Source: Actinomycetota bacterium (GTDB lineage: Bacteria > Actinomycetota > Geothermincolia > Fen-727 > Anoxymicrobiaceae). Taken from it: a stretch of DNA of 64,000 bases. The DNA lies in assembly GCA_016927325.1 (NCBI GenBank), contig JAFGMY010000043.1, positions 2,612 through 66,611 of the forward strand, given 5' to 3'. The notes below the pieces were generated by a model. The model was given only the letters and a program-made list of their open reading frames with translations. It had not been told where the DNA came from and made no database searches. The position numbers and the translations under genes were made by a program. This document shows positions 57,526-64,000 of the stretch, in pieces (within the stretch, counting starts at the first letter, position 1; the number at the start of each line of letters is the position of its first letter).

Positions 57526-59931
57526 TTGTTCAACACGTTGGAAAATATATTTCCAGCGGAGGCACAGTTGAGAACATATACAAAGAAGCTCCTTCGTGAT
57601 CTCTTGACCGGGAAAGCCCAGTTAATTGCGATTATCGTGGTTGTTGGGCTTGGGGTCACTCTTTTTACAGGTATATTCACCGGTTCCCGTAGCCTCGGGG
57701 ACTCCGTCGATTCCTTTTACTCAAAGACCGCTTACGAGGATTTCTCGGTCACAGTAGTTTCTGTCCCTCCTGAAGTTGTCATCGAAGCCGAGAAACTTAA
57801 AAATGTGGAAGCTGCCCAGGGGCGCCTGGTTGTTGAGACTCTGGGCAGGGTAAAGGACACATCTCTTACCATAAGGGTGGTTACCGTTCCCGACGGCGAA
57901 CGACCGGGCGTCAGCGGTTTGGAGGTGGAAGAAGGGGATTACCTTGGATCTGAAAATAAGGGGTCCTGCCTGGCGGAATATCATCTGGCTGAGGAGTTCA
58001 ACATCGGGCCCGGCGATACAATAGGCTTGAAGGGTGATCGGGGGCAAACTGATTTCTTGATCACGGGAGTAGTGGCAAGTCCGGAGTACCTGAGGCTGGC
58101 AAGGGGCAGGACTGAATTGGTTACAGACCCGAGGCAGTTCGGAGTCGTCTTCCTTAAGTTCGGTGATGCCTTAAGGCTTTTCGATTACCCCGAACAATAC
58201 AATGAGGTCCTTTTTAAAGTCAGTGATCCCGGACAGATCGAGAGCACCATTAGGTCCGCTGAGTCTCTCCTGGCACCGTTCAATATAATTGCCGTTACTA
58301 TGGGCGAAGAGAGAATGAGTGCTTCAATGATGAAGCTCGATGCTCAGAACCAGCAGAGCATGGCCTTGTTTTTCGGCCCTCTTTTCCTGGTTGTAGCCGC
58401 GTTGACCCTGTTTGTATCGATAACCCGGCAGGTCGTTCTTCAGCAGCGGCAGATCGGCATATCCCGTGCTCTGGGATACGGGAAGAAGAGTGTACTGTTT
58501 CACTATATGGGATACGGAGCCGTTCCGGGATTCATCGGTTCCTGCCTGGGTATCATAGGCGGCTATTTCATGGGGAAATGGATTTTAGGTGTCCTTCTCG
58601 GGGCGCTCGGTGTACCTCCCATTTACAACAGTCACGTTTATTGGGATATTGCGCTGTTGGGTGCGGCCACAGGGATCTTGTTTTCAATGCTTGGTGCGAT
58701 ACTGCCGGCGCTGCGCGCGGCCAACATGAGACCTGAGGAGTCTATAAGAACCGAAGCCGATATTTCTCATCGCTACAAGCGCAGAAGCGTAAACAAGCAG
58801 GAATCAGGTGCAGCGGCGATACCGGCCTGGTTATATTTATCTTTCAGGAATATCGGGCAGAACTGGCGCCGTGTGACTTTGACATTCTTGTCGATAACCA
58901 TGACCGTGGCGATGTTGATTGCTTTAAGCGCCGGGTTGGACTCCGTTGGTTACTCATTCGACAAGCACATGAACGAAGTATTGAAATGGGACGTAATGGC
59001 GGTTTTTCAAGAGCCCCAAACAGCCAAACTATTAACCGAAATAAAAGGGATAGACGGCATAAGGGAGATCGAACCCGGCGCGGTGTTTCCGGCGCGGATA
59101 CTGTCCGCTGACGGTTCGGCCGACATTGAGATGCAGGCACTTTCGAGAGGCACGGTCATGCATCGGGATCTTGCCTATGGTGATTCGCAGAGATGGCCCG
59201 GACCCGGAGAGATAGTACTTCACAAAGGGGTATCGCAAAAACTTGGTGTCCGGACCGGCGATACCGTCAGTATTAAAACTGAAATCGGAACTGTGAGGGC
59301 GGAGGTTACGGGCTTTGTCAACGAAATATTCGGGAACGTTGGTTATATGGACCTCGGATATATCAGGGACCTTGCCGGCGTTGATATTTTCAATACGGTT
59401 CTTCTCAAAATCGATCCCTCCGGACAAGATGATGTCCTTGATTCATTGGGCCGGACTCCTGGAATCGCCAGAATGATAACGATGGATCAGATGCGCGGGT
59501 ACGGTGAGACCATTGCCGGGGTGATATCTTCTTTCGGGAACATACTTCTGGTAATGGGATTTATCATCGGTTTTTCCATAGTCTTTACCATGGTGACGAT
59601 AAATGTTCTGGAAAGAAGCCGGGAACTGGCCACCATGCGGACGCTCGGTGCCGGGGGAGGAGTAATCTTCGGATCTTTGAGTGTTGAGACATTACTGATA
59701 TGCATTGCCGCGTTCGTGCCGGGTGTACTGATTGGAAGGGTTCTCGAATGGGTCTTGATAGAAAAGACTTTGTCGACAGACTTCATCAGCGCGACTTCTA
59801 TTCTTCATGTTGTGACAGTATTGATTATTCTGGCGGGGCTCCTGGCCGCGGCTTTTCTGTCTGAACTGCTGCCTTACAGGTGGATAATGAAGCTCGATCT
59901 GGCGAAAGCAACTAGAGAAAGACGCGGATAA
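57526..59931 (+). CDS. ABC-transporter permease with two FtsX-type domains (MacB/YbbP-like), no adjacent ATPase
   Basis: 801 aa, TTG start. Two 4-TM FtsX-like modules (around LFFGPLFLVVAALTLFVSITRQV...ISRALGY and FIIGFSIVFTMVTINVLERSRELATMRTLGA), each preceded by a large extracytoplasmic domain. Confidence 0.8.
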   Translation: MFNTLENIFPAEAQLRTYTKKLLRDLLTGKAQLIAIIVVVGLGVTLFTGIFTGSRSLGDSVDSFYSKTAYEDFSVTVVSVPPEVVIEAEKLKNVEAAQGRLVVETLGRVKDTSLTIRVVTVPDGERPGVSGLEVEEGDYLGSENKGSCLAEYHLAEEFNIGPGDTIGLKGDRGQTDFLITGVVASPEYLRLARGRTELVTDPRQFGVVFLKFGDALRLFDYPEQYNEVLFKVSDPGQIESTIRSAESLLAPFNIIAVTMGEERMSASMMKLDAQNQQSMALFFGPLFLVVAALTLFVSITRQVVLQQRQIGISRALGYGKKSVLFHYMGYGAVPGFIGSCLGIIGGYFMGKWILGVLLGALGVPPIYNSHVYWDIALLGAATGILFSMLGAILPALRAANMRPEESIRTEADISHRYKRRSVNKQESGAAAIPAWLYLSFRNIGQNWRRVTLTFLSITMTVAMLIALSAGLDSVGYSFDKHMNEVLKWDVMAVFQEPQTAKLLTEIKGIDGIREIEPGAVFPARILSADGSADIEMQALSRGTVMHRDLAYGDSQRWPGPGEIVLHKGVSQKLGVRTGDTVSIKTEIGTVRAEVTGFVNEIFGNVGYMDLGYIRDLAGVDIFNTVLLKIDPSGQDDVLDSLGRTPGIARMITMDQMRGYGETIAGVISSFGNILLVMGFIIGFSIVFTMVTINVLERSRELATMRTLGAGGGVIFGSLSVETLLICIAAFVPGVLIGRVLEWVLIEKTLSTDFISATSILHVVTVLIILAGLLAAAFLSELLPYRWIMKLDLAKATRERRG

Positions 59932-59970
59932 CTTGAATCGGAACGGTTGTAACTCATTATTAAGTGGCAG

Positions 59971-60981
59971 TCAGTGATCCTTTGAAATGCCTTCCCATGC
60001 CAGAGCGGCGGCCCCTATTACCCCCGCTTCGTTTCTCAGCTTGGAAAGCAGGATCGGGATTCCTTCAACTAATACTCGTATTCCCAGTTCAATGACCGAG
60101 TCCCTCACCTGGTCGATAAACAGGTGCCCGGACTCGGATACTCCACCACCCAGGACAACTATCTTCGGGTCGAAGATATGGATAAAATCTACGATGCCCT
60201 CTGCTAGATAGGTTGACCATGTCTTAATAGTTCGCAAGGCTGTTTCGTCACCCTGTTCGGCCGCTGCCGTCACCAGTTTGCCGGTGATCATATCCGGATC
60301 ACCGCCAGCCATTTCAAGAAGAATGGTATCCGGATTGTCTTTAGCTAATTCGGCACCCTTGCGACCCATTGCCGTGCCGGAAGCTAGCGCCTCTAAACAG
60401 CCCCTCCGGCCGCAGCCGCACAGAGGCCCGTTCGGGTCGATGATTATGTGTCCAAGTTCCCCCGCCACGCCCCGGTTACCCCTCAAGAGGTTTCCATCCG
60501 TATATACTCCGCCTCCGACACCGGTACCCAGCGTAATATATACAAAGTCATCTACGCCCTTGGCGATACCAGCGAACCTTTCACCAGCCGCCGCTCCATT
60601 GGCATCGTTATCGAGAAATGACGGCAGGCCGGACGCTTCCTCCGCGATCATCTTCAAGGGCACCATACGCCAGGCTATGTTTGGTGACTCTATCAAGACC
60701 CCGTCCTTGCGGGAAATATACCCGGCGGCCGCTATACCGACCGCTTTTATATCGAGCCCTTTGCCGCGGCACCTGGATGTTTCGTTTGCCACCAGTTCAC
60801 GGAACGTTTTTACCATTTTGTCGCCGTCATGTGCGGGCGTCTGCAGTTCACTTTGTTCCAGAATCTCGCCTCTGGTGCTAACGGCTGCCGTAGCTATTTT
60901 TGTCCCCCCTGCATCTATTCCAAGGAGACATTCACGGCCATTGTCTTGAGGAGCCATATGCTTCACCGCCTTGTTGTTCAA
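59971..60981 (-). CDS. ROK-family glucokinase
   Basis: LGIDAGGTKIA, DNDANGAAAGE, GTGVGGG, and the zinc motif GHIIIDPNGPLCGCGRRGCLEA. Confidence 0.88.
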   Translation of the reverse strand: MNNKAVKHMAPQDNGRECLLGIDAGGTKIATAAVSTRGEILEQSELQTPAHDGDKMVKTFRELVANETSRCRGKGLDIKAVGIAAAGYISRKDGVLIESPNIAWRMVPLKMIAEEASGLPSFLDNDANGAAAGERFAGIAKGVDDFVYITLGTGVGGGVYTDGNLLRGNRGVAGELGHIIIDPNGPLCGCGRRGCLEALASGTAMGRKGAELAKDNPDTILLEMAGGDPDMITGKLVTAAAEQGDETALRTIKTWSTYLAEGIVDFIHIFDPKIVVLGGGVSESGHLFIDQVRDSVIELGIRVLVEGIPILLSKLRNEAGVIGAAALAWEGISKDH

Positions 60982-61228
60982 ACGGCTTTAAGTTACCAAC
61001 AATTGATTTTGACACCTGATCCTCGATACCTCTGCACCGCCGGGCCAAACAAAGGAAGTTGCCGCCCGCAGAGGACTTGGCATGCCAGGAAAGATATGCG
61101 TGAAAATGCAGTTCATATGAAAGACCACAAACCCTTCTGGTTTTGAAAAGGAGAGTATTAAACAAAGAGGAAAATATGAATAACCGGAAGGAACGATCAC
61201 TGATTAACAGTGTCGGTTAAAAATATTT

Positions 61229-62443
61229 TTGTTGGAAAGGTGTCTTTTGGCTGAAGATGAGAGCGGGACGCGTTTCAGGATTATGTCCAGTACGCCCGTG
61301 TTGCTGCTGGCCGTTCTGGTAGTGTTTATCGACTCGCTGGGTTACGGTGTCGTTGTCCCCCTATTTCCCCACTATGCTGAAGTTCTGGGGGCGAACGACC
61401 TTGCCCTTGGCTTTCTTTACGCCACCTACGCTATAGCGCTTCTGATATTCGCGGTGCCGATCGGAGTGCTTGCCGACCGGTACGGCAGAAAGCCGTTCAT
61501 TCTGTTCGGCATGTTCGCGATGTCCGGGTCGTTTGTCTTCTATGCTTTGGCCGACAGTTATCTACTTCTTGTCATAGCCAGGTTACTTGATGGCGCTACC
61601 GCGGCGGCGACATGGAGTGCGGCCCTCGCTTTGGTCGGTGACAGGTTTTCAGAGAGCGAGTCGGGACAGAAATACGGTTATCTGTTTTCGGCGATCGCCA
61701 TGGCGAGTATAGCCGGGCCGCTACTCGGCGGGGTCCTGTATGACGCAGCGGGAATAAGGGCGCCGTTCTTTCTGATTGCGGCCCTTTGCGCTATCGGCGG
61801 GTTCATTTCGATATTCCTGCGTGAGGAGTGGAATGTCGAGGCAAAGGGATCGGCAAGATGGAGGAAGCTTCTCGGGTTGGTGCTGGGCAACAGGATGGTA
61901 ATGATCGCCTGTTTTCTGGAAATGATGCTGGCCATGGGTCTGGGTATCCTGGAACCTCTGCTGCCGGTAAGGCTTGATGAAAAGCTATTGATGTCGGCAA
62001 CGGCTATAGGCCTGGTTTTCGGTGCAGCCACACTGGCTGAGGGGATAACGAGTCCGTTTTTTGGCTGGGTCTCAGACCGTATCGGCAGAAAGAAGCCGAT
62101 CATCGCAGGCATAGTTGCCACCGCCTGTATCTTTCCGCTTATGGCTGTAGTTGAAAACCGTGCACTGATTTATATCATAATGGCCGCCGCCGGGGCCGTG
62201 TTCGCGATGTTCGGTACGTCCTCACTGCCGCTGGCGACCGATGCACTGGTGGAAAGCGAAGTGGGAGGGGAGAGGCCTCACGGCACCGCGTTTGGTGTTC
62301 TGAACGTGGCCTACAGCCTCGGAATGATTTTGGGTCCTATCTGGGGTGGTGCGATTTCAGACGCGGTAGGCCTTTTCTGGGCTTTGATTGTTTATTCCGG
62401 GCTGTTGCTGATTACGTGTTTTATGACCTGGAAACTTCTGTAA
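61229..62443 (+). CDS. MFS transporter
   Basis: ~12 TM helices; the loop 2-3 motif LADRYGRKP and its duplicate VSDRIGRKKP. The start may be ATG 61283. Confidence 0.85.
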   Translation: MLERCLLAEDESGTRFRIMSSTPVLLLAVLVVFIDSLGYGVVVPLFPHYAEVLGANDLALGFLYATYAIALLIFAVPIGVLADRYGRKPFILFGMFAMSGSFVFYALADSYLLLVIARLLDGATAAATWSAALALVGDRFSESESGQKYGYLFSAIAMASIAGPLLGGVLYDAAGIRAPFFLIAALCAIGGFISIFLREEWNVEAKGSARWRKLLGLVLGNRMVMIACFLEMMLAMGLGILEPLLPVRLDEKLLMSATAIGLVFGAATLAEGITSPFFGWVSDRIGRKKPIIAGIVATACIFPLMAVVENRALIYIIMAAAGAVFAMFGTSSLPLATDALVESEVGGERPHGTAFGVLNVAYSLGMILGPIWGGAISDAVGLFWALIVYSGLLLITCFMTWKLL

Positions 62444-62444
62444 A

Positions 62445-62481
62445 TAAAAAAAGCATACTTAATTAAATTTCTAAGTACGCT
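62445..62481 (-). terminator. intrinsic terminator, canonical in the minus orientation (may also serve the MFS gene)
   Basis: Stem 62452-62461 (AGCATACTTA) pairs with 62472-62481 (TAAGTACGCT) at 9 of 10 positions, with a 10-nt loop. The A7 at 62445-62451 becomes a U7 tail immediately 3' of the hairpin on the minus strand. Confidence 0.5.
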
Positions 62482-62525
62482 CTCTTTAATTCAGTTATAC
62501 TCTTTCGCGTGTCCGTCGCCTTGTT

Positions 62526-62547
62526 TTCACTGCCTATCAAGGGGGTC
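62526..62547 (+). repeat. copy 1 of the perfect 22-nt direct repeat TTCACTGCCTATCAAGGGGGTC
   Basis: Identical to 63018-63039. This copy is not followed by an ORF. Confidence 0.95.
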
Positions 62548-63017
62548 AGGCAACGCTTACCGCGCGAGTTACTAATTATATCGGAGGGAATTCGCGGGAA
62601 CTTTAGGTCTGATCACGATTTACTCCGCTTTATGCAGTTTGACAAGCTGTCCACAGACGTGTAATCTTATAGTATCCCTTGGGTGAGTTAGGGGGTTACC
62701 GTAGGATCCATTCCACGATTAAATTATGCTTCATGTTCTCGTTTAGTGCCCGGTTCTTTACTGATTATCACGGCTGATTGACAGGCATTATTGAAGTCCC
62801 ATGTAAATTCCCGGCACCGGGAGTGTCTCTTGAGCGGTTCGTTCGTTATAGATTGTGATGAAGCAAGGGAATGGACGGAAAAGGAAACCCGGCGGACAAC
62901 AATATTGGCGGATATCTTAAGGTTGGTTGACTGTTTAACTTCTTACTGGACTTAATAGCGGTATACAGCCGTTTTGTAATGTAATATAAACCTAATATAT
63001 TGAACGGGTCTATTAGA

Positions 63018-63039
63018 TTCACTGCCTATCAAGGGGGTC
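63018..63039 (+). repeat. copy 2 of the 22-nt repeat; forms the 5' UTR / Shine-Dalgarno of the downstream secreted-protein gene
   Basis: Contains AAGGGGG and ends 2 nt before ATG 63042. Confidence 0.95.
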
Positions 63040-63041
63040 TG

Positions 63042-64000
63042 ATGCGCATGAGTTCACCGTCCGTCAGAAAACGCATTGCAGTATTAATGGGGATTTCGCT
63101 TGTCCTGGGAACGCTGCTGCCACTGGTTTTCGCAACTTCCGCGTTTGCTGCAGATGTAACAAGTATTTCCGGTACTGTTACATTTCAGGAACCGGGCAGT
63201 AACGAATCCTGTCTTGTCCATCTGTACAATGCTGATACAGAGGTTTATATAGCTGAAGCTTCTGTTACGAGGTTGGATCTTGGATGGGGAATAATTATCG
63301 ACGCTACCGGGTATGGGTTCTACAATCTGGAACCAGGCAACTATAAGGTTGCTTTCGATCCTCCATCGAGCAGTGCTTATGGCAGCGAGTGGTATAACAA
63401 TAAAACAAGTATGGATGCCGCTGATGTCGTAAATGTAGCTGATGTAAATGATGAAAATCCGAACATTAACGCATATCTCGAGAAAGTAAACAGTACAATC
63501 TCAGGATATGTTAAAGCACAGGATACAGGGGATCCCGTAACCAGTTTCTATGTACAAGCATATAACGCATCAACGGACGAGCTTGTTTGTCAATCATGGG
63601 TATGGGCGGCAGGCGACTATAAACTCAACGGTTTTGCCCCGGGGCAGTATAAAATACTCTACAATCCAAGATACCCTGATACCAGAAGAAACGACCCCTA
63701 CATGGCGGAATGGTACAACGATAAATATTCCATGGCCACGGCTGATCTCATTACAGTTTCTGGACCTGGGAGCATGGCTCTTCCCGACGTGTTACTGGCA
63801 CCCGGAGGAAGTATCTCCGGTACGGTCACCGGCGAGGACGGAAATGAACCGGTTGCTGATGCTTATGTCGAAGCCTATAACCTGCAGGGCAGCTTCTGTG
63901 GAAGCGCGGACGCGGACGACTCGGGCAACTACGAGATCATGGGACTTCCCACCGGCAGCTACAAGGTCAAGTTCGACTTCCGTGTCGTCAGCGATAAGTA
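63042..64000 (+). CDS. secreted protein with repeated carboxypeptidase-regulatory-like (Ig-like beta-sandwich) modules; runs off the right edge
   Basis: Not in the ORF track (no stop in the window). Own translation: MRMSSPSVRKRIAVLMGISLVLGTLLPLVFATSAFA/ADVTSISGTVTF... About three modules of ~100 aa follow, sharing ISG.V, G.Y.L.(L)PG.YK[VI].[FY], EWYN[ND]K.SM..AD. No in-frame stop to 64000. Confidence 0.8.
   Translation, partial: MRMSSPSVRKRIAVLMGISLVLGTLLPLVFATSAFAADVTSISGTVTFQEPGSNESCLVHLYNADTEVYIAEASVTRLDLGWGIIIDATGYGFYNLEPGNYKVAFDPPSSSAYGSEWYNNKTSMDAADVVNVADVNDENPNINAYLEKVNSTISGYVKAQDTGDPVTSFYVQAYNASTDELVCQSWVWAAGDYKLNGFAPGQYKILYNPRYPDTRRNDPYMAEWYNDKYSMATADLITVSGPGSMALPDVLLAPGGSISGTVTGEDGNEPVADAYVEAYNLQGSFCGSADADDSGNYEIMGLPTGSYKVKFDFRVVSDK

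Larger units (their letters stand above)
62445..62568 (-). ncRNA. hypothetical ~125-nt antisense-seed small RNA (anti-SD for the gene at 63042)
   Basis: A minus-strand TATAAT (62580-62575) lies upstream, the reverse complement of the 22-nt repeat (62547-62526) lies inside, and the minus-oriented terminator (62481-62445) lies at the end. No good -35 element; no expression data. Confidence 0.25.

Overview
Bacterial chromosomal window. I saw no rRNA, transposase, integrase, phage genes or CRISPR array. All functional calls come from motifs I recognised in the supplied or my own translations; no database search was possible.

Layout, left to right:
- 1-865: M24B Xaa-Pro peptidase, running off the left edge.
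- 862-16774: a tightly packed, mostly minus-strand glycoconjugate-type island. It has two paralogous ~750-780 aa polytopic membrane proteins at its ends, three B12-binding-domain radical SAM enzymes, three class I SAM methyltransferases, and GT2/GT4 glycosyltransferases.
- 16954-18052: efp and nusB.
- 18053-28834: a complete pyrimidine operon in Bacillus gene order (pyrR-pyrB-pyrC-carA-carB-pyrK-pyrD-pyrF-pyrE), preceded by a recognisable PyrR-binding loop and terminator attenuator.
- 28944-30966: gmk-rpoZ-coaBC.
- 31956-37221: a four-gene PAS histidine-kinase/receiver module.
- 37305-37392 (minus): tRNA-Leu(GAG).
- 37787-42659: a SagB-type dehydrogenase, a radical SAM enzyme with a SPASM/twitch-like Cys tail, and an MMPL/COG1033-type RND exporter.
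- 42676-42886: a GC-rich hairpin-repeat array.
- 42929-45826: a 965-aa secreted beta-helix protein ending in four in-phase 110-aa tandem repeats.
- 45882-64000: a mixed region with trmO, a CPA2 antiporter, a CBS protein, DUF362-ferredoxin, DUF2284, a PfkB kinase, queC, an FAD oxidoreductase, a macro domain, a Cys-rich Fe-S protein, a 43-aa Lys-rich ORF missing from the ORF track, a truncated SDR, an orphan double-FtsX permease, a ROK glucokinase, an MFS transporter, and a partial secreted repeat protein running off the right edge.

Best candidates for something undescribed:
1. The B12-radical-SAM/methyltransferase-rich glycan island.
2. The radical SAM / RND exporter / SagB trio next to the repeat-bearing secreted protein.
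3. A possible anti-Shine-Dalgarno small RNA at 62445-62568, implied by a perfect 22-nt repeat plus a minus-strand terminator.
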